From assembly GCA_963798085.1 (NCBI GenBank), contig CAWCRS010000007.1:1568001-1632000 (forward strand): a DNA stretch of 64,000 nt. The letters run 5' to 3'. This stretch comes from an uncultured Gemmatimonadales bacterium. GTDB lineage: Bacteria > Gemmatimonadota > Gemmatimonadetes > Longimicrobiales > RSA9. The notes under the pieces are model-generated. The model did not search any database. It was not told where the DNA came from and saw nothing but the letters and a program-made list of their open reading frames with translations. Positions within the stretch are counted from its first letter, which is position 1, and every line of letters begins with the position of its first letter. Made by a program: the position numbers and the translations under genes. Shown here one piece after another: positions 37,155-48,723 of this stretch.

Positions 37155-39629
37155 ATGAACTACAATTTCACCGACCGGGTTCGCAAAGTCCTGGCGATGG
37201 CTCGTGAAGAGGCGATTCGCCTGCAACACGACTACGTCGGCACGGAGCACATCCTGCTCGGGCTGATCCGCGAGGGTGAGGGCGTTGCCGCGGCAGTGCT
37301 GACGAACCTCAACGTGGACCTCGAGCAGATACACGAGCGGATCGAGGAGTCGGTTCGCAAGGGGAAAGCAACCATTGCGCTGGGGGAGCTGCCGTACACA
37401 TCGCGGGCCAAGAAGGTGCTCGAGTACGCGATGGCGGAGGCGCGCGAACTGAACCACACGTACGTCGGCACGGAGCATCTGCTGCTGGGACTGCTTCGCG
37501 AAGAGAAGGGAATCGCGGCGCAGGTTCTGAATTCGCTGGGTGTCACGCTGGAGGACGCGCGTGCAGAAACCCTCAAGCTGCTGGGCAGCGACGTGAGCCC
37601 GTCGCAGCCTTCATCGCCGGGTGGCGGCAGTGGCGTGCCGACGCAGAAGGGCGAGAAGAAATCGAAGACGCCTGCGCTGGATCATTTCTGTCGCGACCTG
37701 ACGGAGCTGGCGCGTGAGAACAAGCTCGATCCCACGATCGGGCGCGCCAAGGAAATCGAGCGCGTGATGGAAGTGCTGTCACGGCGCAAGAAGAACAACC
37801 CGGTGCTGATCGGCGAGCCGGGCGTAGGCAAGACGGCGATCGTGGAAGGGCTGGCGCAGATGATCGCGCGCGGCGAAGTGGCCGAAAGCCTGAAGGACAA
37901 TCGCGTGCTTGCGCTGGACATGGCGGCGGTGATCGCGGGCACGAAGTACCGCGGCCAGTTCGAGGAGCGGCTCAAGGCGATCATGAACGAGATCGCCCAG
38001 AACAAGAACATCATCCTGTTCATCGACGAGCTGCACACACTGGTGGGAGCGGGCGCAGCGGAAGGCGCCATTGACGCATCCAACATGCTGAAGCCGGCGC
38101 TGGCGCGCGGCGAACTGCAGTGCGTGGGTGCCTCGACGCTCAACGAGTATCGCAAGTACATCGAGAAGGACGGCGCTCTGGAGCGCCGTTTCCAGCCGAT
38201 CATCGTGGATCCGCCGAGCGTGGATGAGGCGATCGAGATCCTGAAGGGCATTCGCAAGCACTACGAGGAGCACCACAAGATCGTCATTCCGGACGAGACG
38301 CTGGTGCAGGCGGCGAAGCTCTCCGATCGCTACATCACGGACCGCTTCCTGCCCGACAAGGCGATCGACGTGATCGATGAGGCAGGTGCGCGGGCCCGGC
38401 TGGCCACGCAGGTGCCGCCGCCCGAAGTCGCGGATCTGAAGGTGAAGCTGGAGGAAATCGCGTCCAAGAAGGATGCAGCCATCCGCGACCAGAATTTCGA
38501 GCTGGCCGCCGAGCTGCGGGACTCGGAGCGGGAACTGCAGGCGGAGATCCGGCGCAAGCAGGAGGAATGGGAGCAGGAGCGGAAGACACACCGTCCCACG
38601 ATCGAGACCGACGATGTCGGATTCATTGTGAGTCGGTGGACGGGCATCCCGGTCTCCCGCCTGCGTGAGGCGGAGACGGAGCGTCTGGTGCGGATGGAAG
38701 ACGAGCTGCACGGGCGCGTCGTCGGACAGGACGAGGCGATCCGCGCCATCAGTCGAGCCATCCGGCGAGGCCGTGCGGGCCTGAAGGATCCGCACCGGCC
38801 CATCGGCAGCTTCATTTTCAGCGGTCCGACAGGCGTGGGCAAGACCGAGCTGGCGCGCGCACTGGCCGAGTTCCTGTTCGCCGACCGTGACGCCCTGATC
38901 CGCGTGGACATGAGCGAGTACATGGAGAAGTTCTCCGTCTCGCGGCTGATCGGCGCGCCTCCGGGATACGTGGGCTACGAGGACTCGGGCACGCTGACCA
39001 AGGCCATCCGGCGCCGCCCCTACTCAGTGGTACTGCTGGACGAAATCGAGAAGGCGCACCCGGATGTGTTCAACATCCTGCTGCAGGTGCTGGACGAGGG
39101 CCGGCTCACGGACAACTACGGTCGCGTGATCGACTTCAAGAACACGGTCATCATCATGACTTCGAACCTGGGCGCGCGCGACATCACGAAGGGCAAGTCG
39201 CTCGGGTTCCATCCGCGCGATGAGACGTCGGCCTACGAGACGATGCGCGAGCGTGTCAAGGAAGAGATCGAGCGCGCGTTCAATCCGGAGTTCCTGAATC
39301 GCGTGGACGACATCATCGTCTTCCACCCGCTCAGTCGGGACCAGATCGGCGAGATCGTGCACATCATGCTCAAGGAAGTTCGCGACCGGCTCATCGAGGA
39401 GAATCTCAAGATGCAGTTGACGGATGCGGCATTGAACTTCCTCGTGGACCGTGGCTACGACGAGAAATTCGGAGCGCGGCCACTGCGCCGGGCCATCCAG
39501 CGGTTCATCGAGGACCCGCTGTCCGAGAAGATTCTGACAACCGAGTTCCCGGCAGGCGAGGAGATCATCGTGGACGTGGCCGCCGATGGGCAGGCCCTCG
39601 AATTCCGGGTGTTATCCGCGAGGACATGA
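37155..39629 (+). CDS. clpC: ATP-dependent Clp protease ATP-binding subunit ClpC
   Basis: Clp-N repeats, two AAA+ domains ([16 protein letters not shown]), UVR middle domain and LGF loop. Confidence 0.95.
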   Translation: MNYNFTDRVRKVLAMAREEAIRLQHDYVGTEHILLGLIREGEGVAAAVLTNLNVDLEQIHERIEESVRKGKATIALGELPYTSRAKKVLEYAMAEARELNHTYVGTEHLLLGLLREEKGIAAQVLNSLGVTLEDARAETLKLLGSDVSPSQPSSPGGGSGVPTQKGEKKSKTPALDHFCRDLTELARENKLDPTIGRAKEIERVMEVLSRRKKNNPVLIGEPGVGKTAIVEGLAQMIARGEVAESLKDNRVLALDMAAVIAGTKYRGQFEERLKAIMNEIAQNKNIILFIDELHTLVGAGAAEGAIDASNMLKPALARGELQCVGASTLNEYRKYIEKDGALERRFQPIIVDPPSVDEAIEILKGIRKHYEEHHKIVIPDETLVQAAKLSDRYITDRFLPDKAIDVIDEAGARARLATQVPPPEVADLKVKLEEIASKKDAAIRDQNFELAAELRDSERELQAEIRRKQEEWEQERKTHRPTIETDDVGFIVSRWTGIPVSRLREAETERLVRMEDELHGRVVGQDEAIRAISRAIRRGRAGLKDPHRPIGSFIFSGPTGVGKTELARALAEFLFADRDALIRVDMSEYMEKFSVSRLIGAPPGYVGYEDSGTLTKAIRRRPYSVVLLDEIEKAHPDVFNILLQVLDEGRLTDNYGRVIDFKNTVIIMTSNLGARDITKGKSLGFHPRDETSAYETMRERVKEEIERAFNPEFLNRVDDIIVFHPLSRDQIGEIVHIMLKEVRDRLIEENLKMQLTDAALNFLVDRGYDEKFGARPLRRAIQRFIEDPLSEKILTTEFPAGEEIIVDVAADGQALEFRVLSART

Positions 39630-42091
39630 CGCCTCACTCTCTCCCCGGCCGTATTCGCCGGAAGTCACGGGCCGCCGCGTTCAGGGCGGCCCTGACCATT
39701 TTGGCGAGTCCGCTCGCCCTGCGCGCCCAGAACGTCAGCAGTCCGGCACAACAGACTGTTGGCGTGATCGAGATTCAGGGCAATTCGCGCGTTCCGGAAT
39801 CCAGCATTCTCGGCGTGCTATCGATCCGCGCGGGGGATCGCGTCCAGTATCCCGATCTGGCGAAGGCGTACTCCCGCCTGTGGGGCACGGGTCAGTTCGA
39901 TGACGTGCAGCTGCTGGCGGTGAGCGATTCCAACGCCACAGCGGACACGCCCATCACGCTGCGGGTTGTCCTCAAGGAGCGGCCCATCCTGAACGCGGTC
40001 GATTTCCGCGGCCTGGAGAATGTCAAAGGCACGACGATCCGCGACACGGTGGGACTGAAGTCGGGCCAGCCTCTGGATCCGGCGAAGATCACGGCCACGG
40101 AGGCAATGACGCGGAAGCTGCTCGCGAGCAAGGGCTTCTACGCGAAGAAGGTCAGCCACGAGCTGCAGGATGTGCCCGATCATCCGGGCGAGAAGCGGCT
40201 GGTCTTCGATGTCGAGGAAGGCCTGCGCGTAGCCATCGCGGACGTCGAGTTCGAGGGTAACCACGTGTTTACCTCGGACCAGCTGAGCGGCGTGCTGGAC
40301 ACCAAGGCGGAAGGCTTTTTCTGGTTCCGCAGCGGCGTGTTCGATGAAGATCGCTTCCTGCAGGATCTGCGCGATCAGCTGCCTTCCCACTATGCGGAGA
40401 GCGGGTACCTGGATTTCGCGGTTGTGGGCGACACGCTGATCGTGGATCCGGAGACCGGGAAGGCCAGGCTGGTGGTGAAAGTCGAGGAAGGCCCGCAGTA
40501 TCGCCTGGCGAGCTTCGACATCCAGGGCAATCGTCGCTTCTCGACGGACGAGCTGCATCGCTACTTCGACCAGGAGCGCAGCGGACTGCTGGTGAGCCTG
40601 GGCATCGCGAGCAGCGGCGAAAAGCCGGTCGAGGGCAAGACGCCGTTCGATGCGGTGGCGTTTGACAAGGCAACGAGCGATGTGACGCAGCTCTATCGCA
40701 ACCAGGGCTATCTGTACGCGCAGGTGGAGCCGGTCATTGACCGGGTGCCGGCGGACAGTTCCAGCGGGGGCCCATCGGTTCGCGTCGCGTGGCAGATCGA
40801 AGAAGGCGCACCCGCGTTCATCAAGGAAGTGCGCATTGTCGGCAACACCTACACGCACGAGAGCGTGATTCGCGGGGCACTGTCACTGCTGCCGGGCGAC
40901 GTGTACAGCGACGATCGCATCCTGCAGAGCTATCAGCGCATTTCCGCACTCGGCTTTTTCGAGACGCCACTACCCACGCCACAGATCGTGCCGGACGAGC
41001 AGTCCGGCAATGTGACGGTGACGTTCGAAGTGAAGGAAAAGCAGACGGGCTCGGTGAATTTCGGAACCGCGCTGGGCGGAGTGACGGGCGTGTCCGGCTT
41101 TCTGGGCTACGACCAGCCCAATCTGTTCGGGCGGGCGAAGAACGGACACCTGCGCTGGGAATTCGGCAAGTACTCGAACAACTTCGAGGCCGCCTACAGC
41201 GACCCCTCCATCGGCGGGTCCCTGTACAGCGGCTCGCTCTCCCTGTTCAGCTCGCGCGATCGCTTCTTCACGTTCTCGGAAGGCCAGCGCCGGCGCACGG
41301 GTGCGGGGGTGCAGGTGGGATTCCCGTTCTTCTCGGACCCGCTGCGCACGCGTCTCTCTGTGGGGTACTCGCTCTCGCGCACGACCTACGAGAATTTCGA
41401 CACGGAGACGCAGTCCTCGCTCTTCTCGCTGCCGCCGGGCGTGCAGAGCACAGTGACGATCTCGCTGGACCGCTCCACGACGGATCATCCGCTGTTTCCA
41501 ACCGTAGGCACGCGCGCCTCGGTCGCGGCGGCGCTCAACGGCGGGATCCTGCAGGGCGATGGCACTTTCCAGAAGTACACGGTGTCCGGCGACTGGTACG
41601 TACCCGTGGGCCGGCTGGGCGGCAGTGCGCCGGGCTCTCGGCCGATCCGTCTGACCCTGGGACTTTCGGCGGACGCCGGAGCCCTTTTCGGCGATGCCAG
41701 CCGTTTCCCCTTCGACCGCTTCTGGATGGGTGGCGTGCAGTTCGGCCGCCCTCTTCGCGGGTACGACGAAACGACGATCACCCCGAATGGGTATATCAGT
41801 CGAAACGCGCCGGGGATCGCGCTGGACGAGCGGTTTGGCGATGCCTACATGCGCCTGAGCGCGCAGTACGCCATCCGCTTCAATGACAACATATCGGTCG
41901 GGCTCTTCTACGACGCCGGCAACGTCTGGCGGAAGCCCGCCGACATGGATCCAACGCGCCTGCTGCGGGGTGCGGGTATCGGCCTCACGCTGGTAACGCC
42001 GTTCGGCCCGCTCGGCTTGGATTACGCGTATGGATTCGACAAGATTCCGCCCGGATGGCAACTGCACTTCAAGTTCGGGAACTTCTTCTGA
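39626..42091 (+). CDS. bamA: Outer membrane protein assembly factor BamA
   Basis: POTRA repeats, [19 protein letters not shown] and C-terminal Phe. Confidence 0.92.
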   Translation: MTPHSLPGRIRRKSRAAAFRAALTILASPLALRAQNVSSPAQQTVGVIEIQGNSRVPESSILGVLSIRAGDRVQYPDLAKAYSRLWGTGQFDDVQLLAVSDSNATADTPITLRVVLKERPILNAVDFRGLENVKGTTIRDTVGLKSGQPLDPAKITATEAMTRKLLASKGFYAKKVSHELQDVPDHPGEKRLVFDVEEGLRVAIADVEFEGNHVFTSDQLSGVLDTKAEGFFWFRSGVFDEDRFLQDLRDQLPSHYAESGYLDFAVVGDTLIVDPETGKARLVVKVEEGPQYRLASFDIQGNRRFSTDELHRYFDQERSGLLVSLGIASSGEKPVEGKTPFDAVAFDKATSDVTQLYRNQGYLYAQVEPVIDRVPADSSSGGPSVRVAWQIEEGAPAFIKEVRIVGNTYTHESVIRGALSLLPGDVYSDDRILQSYQRISALGFFETPLPTPQIVPDEQSGNVTVTFEVKEKQTGSVNFGTALGGVTGVSGFLGYDQPNLFGRAKNGHLRWEFGKYSNNFEAAYSDPSIGGSLYSGSLSLFSSRDRFFTFSEGQRRRTGAGVQVGFPFFSDPLRTRLSVGYSLSRTTYENFDTETQSSLFSLPPGVQSTVTISLDRSTTDHPLFPTVGTRASVAAALNGGILQGDGTFQKYTVSGDWYVPVGRLGGSAPGSRPIRLTLGLSADAGALFGDASRFPFDRFWMGGVQFGRPLRGYDETTITPNGYISRNAPGIALDERFGDAYMRLSAQYAIRFNDNISVGLFYDAGNVWRKPADMDPTRLLRGAGIGLTLVTPFGPLGLDYAYGFDKIPPGWQLHFKFGNFF

Positions 42092-42116
42092 GCCTGTGAA
42101 GGGAGAACGCGGAGTG

Positions 42117-42662
42117 ATGCGCAAGATCATCGCAGCGAGTATCGTCCTGGCCAGCCTCGGAGGGCTCGCGGCTACCCGGGTACGGGTTCAGGAGAAACCG
42201 ATGAAAATCGCCTATCTGAACTCGGCGAAGATTCTCGAGGGAGCGCCGGGCGCCGATTCCGTCAAGGCCGAGATCGACAAGGAAATGGCGAAGTATCAGG
42301 GGCGAATCCAGAGCCTGCAGGACTCATTGCAGATGATGTACGCGGACTATCAGAAGCAGTCCGTGCTGCTTTCGCCGGCGGAGAAGAAGAAGCGGGAAGA
42401 TGCGATCGAAGCGAGGCGACAGGTGCTGGCGCAGCGCGCGCAGTTCCTGCAGGACGAGGCCAACAACCGGCAGCATGACATGATGGACCCGATCACGAAG
42501 AAGGTGGAGGGCATCATCGAAACGCTGCGCAAGGAAGGCGGCTACTCGATCATCTTCGATGCTGCGTCGCAGGCAATGGTGTCAGCGGACACGACGCTGG
42601 ACCTGACGACCCAGGTGATGACACGGCTCAAGGGCCCGGCTGCGACCGCGGCGAAGAAGTAG
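42117..42662 (+). CDS. skp: OmpH/Skp chaperone
   Basis: KIAYLN, coiled coil, GYSIIFD and DLT; located between bamA and lpxD. Confidence 0.88.
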   Translation: MRKIIAASIVLASLGGLAATRVRVQEKPMKIAYLNSAKILEGAPGADSVKAEIDKEMAKYQGRIQSLQDSLQMMYADYQKQSVLLSPAEKKKREDAIEARRQVLAQRAQFLQDEANNRQHDMMDPITKKVEGIIETLRKEGGYSIIFDAASQAMVSADTTLDLTTQVMTRLKGPAATAAKK

Positions 42663-42694
42663 GCTCAGGGCGAACCCGCGCGGAGCGCGTCTCA

Positions 42695-43717
42695 GTGCGG
42701 GCCTCGGCCATCGCGAGCCTCGTCGAAGGCGAGCTTGAAGGGGGGGCGGATCCCGAAATCGAGGGAGTCGCCCCCCTCGATCGTGCCGGTCCCGCCGAAC
42801 TGTCTTTTCTTGCTCACCCCAGGTACCTGAAATACGTTGCCCCCAGTCGTGCCGGCCTGCTTCTTGTGTCGAGCACACTGGCCGCGAAGTGCGAGGGCGT
42901 CGCGCCGCGCATTGTCGTGCGCGATTCGCATCAGGCGATGCTGCGCGTACTTTCCACGCTGTACCCGGAGCCGCAGGCCGCGCCGGGCATTCATGCGACG
43001 GCAGTGGTAGGTACCGGTGCACGGCTGGGCGACGCGGTCAGCGTCGGCCCGTACGCGGTGATCGGGGCGGGCGTGGTACTGGGTGCGCGCGTTCGCGTCG
43101 GTGCCCATTGCGTCATCGGGGACGGCTGTGTGGTGGGCGACAATGTGATCTTCCATCCGCACGTCACACTCTACGCCAACGTGCAGGTCGGGCCGCGCTG
43201 CATTCTGCACAGCGGCGTACGCGCCGGGGTGGACGGATACGGCTACGCGTTCGTGCAGGGCGCGCATCGCAAGATCCCTCAGGTGGGTCGCTGCGTGATC
43301 GGTGCGGACGTCGAGATCGGGGCTAACACGACGATAGACCGTGGTTCGGTGGGCAGCACGGAGATTGGCGCCGGGGTCAAGATCGACAACCTGGTGCATA
43401 TCGCGCACAACGTGCGCATCGGCGAACACAGCCTGATCATCGCGCAGGTCGGCATTGCGGGCAGCACCACGGTGGGGAAGCAGGTGACGGTGGCGGGTCA
43501 GGCGGGGATTACGGGACACATCACCATTGGTGACGGCGCCACGGTGGCTGCACAGGCCGGCGTGTTCGGCGATATCCCGGCGGGCGGGCGGTACAGCGGG
43601 TATCCGGCGCGCCCGCACAAGGAAGCGCTGCGCGCGCAGGCGGGGCTTGGCAGAGTGCCCGAGCTGCTGCGACGCGTGACCGAACTGGAGAAGTCGCTGA
43701 ACAAGGACGAGGGATAG
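42695..43717 (+). CDS. lpxD: UDP-3-O-(3-hydroxyacyl)glucosamine N-acyltransferase
   Basis: Hexapeptide repeats, DGYGY, EIGANTTIDRG and KIDNLVHIAHN. Confidence 0.95.
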   Translation: MRASAIASLVEGELEGGADPEIEGVAPLDRAGPAELSFLAHPRYLKYVAPSRAGLLLVSSTLAAKCEGVAPRIVVRDSHQAMLRVLSTLYPEPQAAPGIHATAVVGTGARLGDAVSVGPYAVIGAGVVLGARVRVGAHCVIGDGCVVGDNVIFHPHVTLYANVQVGPRCILHSGVRAGVDGYGYAFVQGAHRKIPQVGRCVIGADVEIGANTTIDRGSVGSTEIGAGVKIDNLVHIAHNVRIGEHSLIIAQVGIAGSTTVGKQVTVAGQAGITGHITIGDGATVAAQAGVFGDIPAGGRYSGYPARPHKEALRAQAGLGRVPELLRRVTELEKSLNKDEG

Positions 43718-45003
43718 TGAGCCAACGCCAGCAGACGATCGCCGCTGATGCCAGCATCGAAGGTGTGGGCCTGCACACCGGCGAGGCAGTGCGCGTGCAC
43801 TTCTGCCCGGCTGCCGTGGATGCGGGCCTCCGCTTCCGGCGCGTCGACATCCCGGGCGAGCCTCAGGTAGGTGCGCAGCTGGACAACGTGGCCTCGACCG
43901 ACCGCGGCACAACGCTCTCAGCGGGGGAAGCGCGCGTGCAAACGGTGGAACACCTGCTGGCCGCGGTTTCTGCGCTCGATATCGACAACCTGCTGATCGA
44001 CGTGACAGGCCCTGAAGTGCCCATCCTGGATGGCAGCTTCCGCCCGTTCTTCGACGTTCTGCAGGAAGCGGGCATGCGCGAGCAGGAGCGGGCGGCGCGC
44101 GAGCTGGTGGTGGCCGAACCGGTCACTGCGGCGGCGGCGGGTGGTGCGTCCTACGTGGCGACGCCGGCGAAGGGCTACCGCGTATCCGCCACGATCGAAT
44201 TCGACCATCCGCTCATCCGGCGGCAGTTCGGCTCATTCGACGTGACTGCACAGGATTTCCAGACCGAACTGTCGGAGGCGCGAACATTCGGTTTCCGGCA
44301 GGAGGCGGAAGCGCTGCGCGCGCGCGGGCTGGCGCGCGGCGCCACGCTGGACAATGCCGTGATTCTGGATGAGAACGGCCTGGCATCGGGCGAGCTTCGC
44401 TTCCCCGACGAATTCGTACGCCACAAGATCGGCGACGTGGTCGGTGATCTGGCGCTGCTGGGCCGGCGCGTACGGGCGCACATTGTTGCGGACCGTCCGA
44501 GTCACGCCGGTAACATCGAGTTGGCGAAGCAGCTGGCGGCGCATGCGAACCGCAATGGCGCCGCCGCACCCATCATCAATGCGCAGCGCATCATGCAGCA
44601 CCTGCCGCACCGCTATCCGATGCTGCTCGTGGACCGGATCATCGAGTTCGAGCCGGGCAAGCGCATTGTCGGCATCAAGAACGTGACCATCAACGAACCG
44701 TTCTTCCAGGGGCACTATCCGGGGCATCCGGTCATGCCGGGTGTCCTCATCATCGAAGCAATGGCGCAGGTGGGCGGACTGCTGCTGCTGGACGCGGTCG
44801 AAAACCCGGAAGAGAAGGTCGTCTATTTCATGTCGCTGGACAACGTAAAGTGGCGGCGCCCCATCACACCGGGTGACCAGATCCGGTTCGAGCTGGAAAT
44901 GGTGCAGATGCGCACGCACGTGTGTCGCATGCGCGGGGTGGGACTGGTCGACGGACACGTGGCCGCGGAAGCCGAAATGATGGCGCGGATCGTGGACCGG
45001 TAG
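43717..45003 (+). CDS. lpxC/fabZ: Bifunctional LpxC/FabZ
   Basis: GVGLHTG, TVEHLL and HKIGD..GD, then LPHRYPMLLVD and GHYPG.PVMPGV. Confidence 0.95.
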   Translation: MSQRQQTIAADASIEGVGLHTGEAVRVHFCPAAVDAGLRFRRVDIPGEPQVGAQLDNVASTDRGTTLSAGEARVQTVEHLLAAVSALDIDNLLIDVTGPEVPILDGSFRPFFDVLQEAGMREQERAARELVVAEPVTAAAAGGASYVATPAKGYRVSATIEFDHPLIRRQFGSFDVTAQDFQTELSEARTFGFRQEAEALRARGLARGATLDNAVILDENGLASGELRFPDEFVRHKIGDVVGDLALLGRRVRAHIVADRPSHAGNIELAKQLAAHANRNGAAAPIINAQRIMQHLPHRYPMLLVDRIIEFEPGKRIVGIKNVTINEPFFQGHYPGHPVMPGVLIIEAMAQVGGLLLLDAVENPEEKVVYFMSLDNVKWRRPITPGDQIRFELEMVQMRTHVCRMRGVGLVDGHVAAEAEMMARIVDR

Positions 45004-45011
45004 GAGGCGGG

Positions 45012-45806
45012 ATGGCAGACAGCGGATCGACGATGGTGGAGGTACACGCAACCGCGGTGGTAGACGCGACCGCGGAGCTGGGGCCGGACGTCATCATCGG
45101 TCCCTATTGCGTGATCGGACCCGGTGTAGTGGTAGGCGAGGGGACGCGCCTGGGCGCGCACGTAGTGATCGAGCGCGACACGGTGATCGGCGAAAACTGC
45201 CAGATCCACGCGGGCGCAGTGCTGGGTGGTGATCCGCAGGACCTGAAGTACCGGGGCGAGCCCACGACGCTGGTGGTGGGCGCGCACACCGTGATCCGCG
45301 AATACGTGACGCTGAATCGCGGCACCAGCGCACGCGGCACGACGGAGATCGGCAGTGACTGCCTGATCATGGCGTATGCGCATGTGGCCCATGATTGCGT
45401 GATCGGCAATCACGCAGTGCTGGCGAATGCGGTGAACATGGGCGGGCACGTGACGGTCGAGGACTGGGCGATCGTGGGCGGGCTCACGGCCATCCATCAG
45501 TTCGCCCGAATCGGACGCCATTCGTTCGTGGGGGGAGCCGCAGCCGTGCGCAAGGATGTACCGCCTTTCGTGAAGGCTGCCGGCAATCCGCTGCGACTCT
45601 ACGGTCTCAACTCGGTCGGCCTGCAGCGGCGGGGTTTCCCGGAGAGCGTGCGCCGGGGCCTGCGGCAGGTGTACCGTCTGTTCTTCAAGTCCAATCTCAA
45701 CATCAGTCAGGCGCTGGAGCGGGCGCGGCAGGAAGTGGAGTCCTGTCCGGAGGTCACGCAGTTCCTGGAGTTCGTGGAGAGCAGCGGACGCGGCATCACG
45801 GTCTAG
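45012..45806 (+). CDS. lpxA: Acyl-ACP--UDP-N-acetylglucosamine acyltransferase
   Basis: PQDLKY, IREYVT..RGT, HVAHDC and GLNSVGLQRRGF. Confidence 0.95.
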   Translation: MADSGSTMVEVHATAVVDATAELGPDVIIGPYCVIGPGVVVGEGTRLGAHVVIERDTVIGENCQIHAGAVLGGDPQDLKYRGEPTTLVVGAHTVIREYVTLNRGTSARGTTEIGSDCLIMAYAHVAHDCVIGNHAVLANAVNMGGHVTVEDWAIVGGLTAIHQFARIGRHSFVGGAAAVRKDVPPFVKAAGNPLRLYGLNSVGLQRRGFPESVRRGLRQVYRLFFKSNLNISQALERARQEVESCPEVTQFLEFVESSGRGITV

Positions 45807-45870
45807 CCGGCAGGACGTGACACGGGTCGGGAAGCCGACGGTCGCCCTGACAGCGGGTTAGGGAGAGGCA

Positions 45871-46869
45871 TTGGCAACGGACAGGGTACGCATGGGCGTC
45901 GTGGGCGTTGGGAGCCTGGGTTTTCACCACGCGCGTATCCTGAACGAGCTGGCCGGCGTCGAGCTGGCCGGCGTCTGGGATACGGATGCGCAGCGCCTGG
46001 CGGAAGTGCGGGACCAGCTGGAAGTGCGCGCCGCACGCTCGCTCGAGGATCTGCTGGACCGCAGCGATGCGTGCGTCATTGCGGTGCCCACCGAAGCGCA
46101 CGAAATCGTCACCCTCGCCGCGCTGGCAGCCGGCGCGCACGTGCTGGTGGAAAAGCCGATCGCGCCGACGCTGGATGCGGCCGACCGCATGGTCGCCGCG
46201 GCGAGGCGCGCAGACCGGCTGGTGCAGATCGGTCACGTCGAGCGATTCAATGGCGCGTTGCGCGCCTGCGAATCCTACCTGGAAGCGCCACTCTTTGTCG
46301 AAAGTCACCGACTCGCGCCATTCGGGCCGCGCGGCACGGACGTGGCCGTGGTGCTGGACCTCATGATCCACGATCTGGACCTGGTGCTCAGCCTGATGAA
46401 GCGCGAAGTCACGACGGTCGCGGCAGTGGGTGTGCCCGTGCTGACACACAGCCCCGACATCGCGAATGCGCGGCTGGAATTCGCGGGCGGCGGTGTGGCC
46501 AATCTGACGGCAAGCCGCGTCTCGCTGGAGCGGATGCGCAAGATCCGCTTCTTCCAGCGCTCGGGGTACATCAGCCTGGATCTGGCGGCGGGCACGGGTG
46601 AGTACCTGCGGCTGCGCGGGGGAGCCGTGTTCGAGCCGGGTGTCCCGCTGACGGCCGCGCGACTGGAAGACGTGATCGAGCGCATCTCGCTGCGCAGCGA
46701 TGGGGGAGAGCCGCTGCGCGCGGAGCTGGAAGGGTTCGTGGCCGCGGTAAAAGGGGAGAAGCCGGTTGCCGTCAGCGGCGAGGACGGCAGACGGGCCCTC
46801 GCCGTGGCGCTGGAGATTGTGCGCCGGATCGAGGCGAATGTCGCGCAGCGGGCGCCCCGCGATGCATAG
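45871..46869 (+). CDS. Gfo/Idh/MocA oxidoreductase (GnnA-like position)
   Basis: GVGSLG..H, VEKPIA, GHVERFN, DLMIHDLD and ASRVS. Confidence 0.85.
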   Translation: MATDRVRMGVVGVGSLGFHHARILNELAGVELAGVWDTDAQRLAEVRDQLEVRAARSLEDLLDRSDACVIAVPTEAHEIVTLAALAAGAHVLVEKPIAPTLDAADRMVAAARRADRLVQIGHVERFNGALRACESYLEAPLFVESHRLAPFGPRGTDVAVVLDLMIHDLDLVLSLMKREVTTVAAVGVPVLTHSPDIANARLEFAGGGVANLTASRVSLERMRKIRFFQRSGYISLDLAAGTGEYLRLRGGAVFEPGVPLTAARLEDVIERISLRSDGGEPLRAELEGFVAAVKGEKPVAVSGEDGRRALAVALEIVRRIEANVAQRAPRDA

Positions 46870-46933
46870 GTTCGCCGTCAGCGCGCGCACCACACGAATT
46901 CCCGTCTGAGCGCGCTCTTCCAGGAGCCGACTG

Positions 46934-48073
46934 TTGGGTCCGCGAATCTTCCTGTCGGCAGGCGAGCCTTCAGGCGATCTGCACGGCGCCGCGGTCGCCA
47001 CGGCGCTTCGGCAGCGCTGGCCGGACGCACGGCTTTCCGGCCTCGGTGGCAACCGGATGCGCGACGCCGGGGTGGAGCTGCTGGCGCACGTGGACCAGCT
47101 GGCCGTGATGGGTTTCTCGGAGGTGGCCAGCCGGGCGCCCTACTTCTGGAAGCTGCTGCGGCGAGTACGCCGGGTGGTGCGCAGCGAGCGACCCGACCTG
47201 GTCCTGCCCATCGATTATCCAGGCTTCAATTTCGAGCTGTGCCGCATGGCGAAGAGCGTGGGCTCCCCAGTGCTCTACTACATCGCGCCGCAGGTCTGGG
47301 CATGGCGACGCCGCCGCGCGAAGACGCTCGCAGGCCTTGCGGACCGGCTGGCGGTGATCCTCCCCTTCGAGGAAGAGCTTTTTCGCGCGCACGGCGCACA
47401 CACGACGTTCGTGGGCCATCCGCTTCTGGATGTGGAGCCGGCAGCAAGGCCGCGCGACGATTTCTGCAGCCCACTCGGGCTGGATCCCGGGCGGCCCATT
47501 CTGGCACTGTTTCCGGGTTCGCGCGTGCAGGAAGTCACGCGCCACCTCGAGCTGTTCCTCGATGCGGCCCGCGAAGTGGCACTCGTGGTCCCCGGCGTGC
47601 AGGCGGCGCTGGCGGCAGGCGCGGGTCTGCCGGAAGCCCTGTTTGCGTCGTCGCCTGCACCACGGACAGCCGATGCATGGGAACTGCTGCACCACGCCGA
47701 TGCGGCCATCGTCAAGTCCGGCACGAGCACGCTGCAGGCGGCGCTCACGCGTACACCCATGGTGGTGGCGTACCGCATGAGCGGGCTCTCGTTCGCCCTG
47801 GCGAAGCGTCTGGTGCGCGTGCCGCACGTAGGGCTGGTGAACCTCGTGGCAGGCGACCGCATCGTGCCGGAGCTGATCCAGGACGAGGCCACGGCGGCGG
47901 CGCTGAGCGATGCCATTCTGCCATTCGTCGAGCCGGCACATCCCGCGAGGCAGCAAGCGATCGCGGACCTCGATCGGGTACGCGAACGACTGCACCTGGC
48001 GGGTCCGGGCACGGTAGCCCAACGGGTTGCCGGTCTGGCGGCAGAGCTGCTCGGGACCCATTCGCCGTCATGA
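46934..48073 (+). CDS. lpxB: Lipid-A-disaccharide synthase
   Basis: AGEPSGDLHG, DYPGFN, PQVWAWR, VGHPL and PGSR..EV. Confidence 0.95.
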   Translation: MGPRIFLSAGEPSGDLHGAAVATALRQRWPDARLSGLGGNRMRDAGVELLAHVDQLAVMGFSEVASRAPYFWKLLRRVRRVVRSERPDLVLPIDYPGFNFELCRMAKSVGSPVLYYIAPQVWAWRRRRAKTLAGLADRLAVILPFEEELFRAHGAHTTFVGHPLLDVEPAARPRDDFCSPLGLDPGRPILALFPGSRVQEVTRHLELFLDAAREVALVVPGVQAALAAGAGLPEALFASSPAPRTADAWELLHHADAAIVKSGTSTLQAALTRTPMVVAYRMSGLSFALAKRLVRVPHVGLVNLVAGDRIVPELIQDEATAAALSDAILPFVEPAHPARQQAIADLDRVRERLHLAGPGTVAQRVAGLAAELLGTHSPS

Positions 48074-48723
48074 GCGGCGAAGCATGGCGCACCGCTCTGG
48101 TGGGCACGCTGGGCGGTGGCACGATGAGCGCCATACTTCGAACCGTGCGCTTCACGACAGAAGGCAACGAGCATTACCAGGCCGAGTGGGATTCAGGGAG
48201 ACCCGTGGTGTTCATCCTGTGGCACGGCCGGCTGGTGCCGTTGAGCTGGTACCACCGCAGCTGGAAGCTGGTCACGCTGATCAGTCCGTCGCGCGACGGC
48301 GAGTACATCACACGTGTGGTTTCGCGCTGGGGTTACGACGTGGTGCGCGGATCGAGCAGCCGCGAAGGCGGTGCAGGGTTGCGCGGACTCGTGCGCGCGC
48401 TGCGCGCGGGCCGCTCGATCGCCGTGACACCGGACGGGCCCAAGGGGCCGCGCGAACGCGTCAAGCCGGGCGTGCTCATGGCGGCCCAGCTGAGCGGCCG
48501 CGCGATCCTCCCGGTGGGAGCGGCCGCGAACCGGGCCTGGTGGTTCGAGGGCTGGGACCGGTTCCTCATTCCGCAGCCCTTCTCCCGCATCCACATCGTG
48601 TACGGCGCACCCATCACGGTGCCACGCGGTGCGGGCGAAGCGGAACTGTCCGACTACACGCGTCAGGTGGAAGCCAGCATGGCGGCGATCACGGCGCAGG
48701 CGGAGGCGCATGTCCGCGGGTGA
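48070..48723 (+). CDS. DUF374 lysophospholipid acyltransferase family (LpxJ-like)
   Basis: WHG, SPSRDGE, RGSSSR, TPDGPKGP and WDRF.IP.PF. Confidence 0.85.
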   Translation: MSGEAWRTALVGTLGGGTMSAILRTVRFTTEGNEHYQAEWDSGRPVVFILWHGRLVPLSWYHRSWKLVTLISPSRDGEYITRVVSRWGYDVVRGSSSREGGAGLRGLVRALRAGRSIAVTPDGPKGPRERVKPGVLMAAQLSGRAILPVGAAANRAWWFEGWDRFLIPQPFSRIHIVYGAPITVPRGAGEAELSDYTRQVEASMAAITAQAEAHVRG

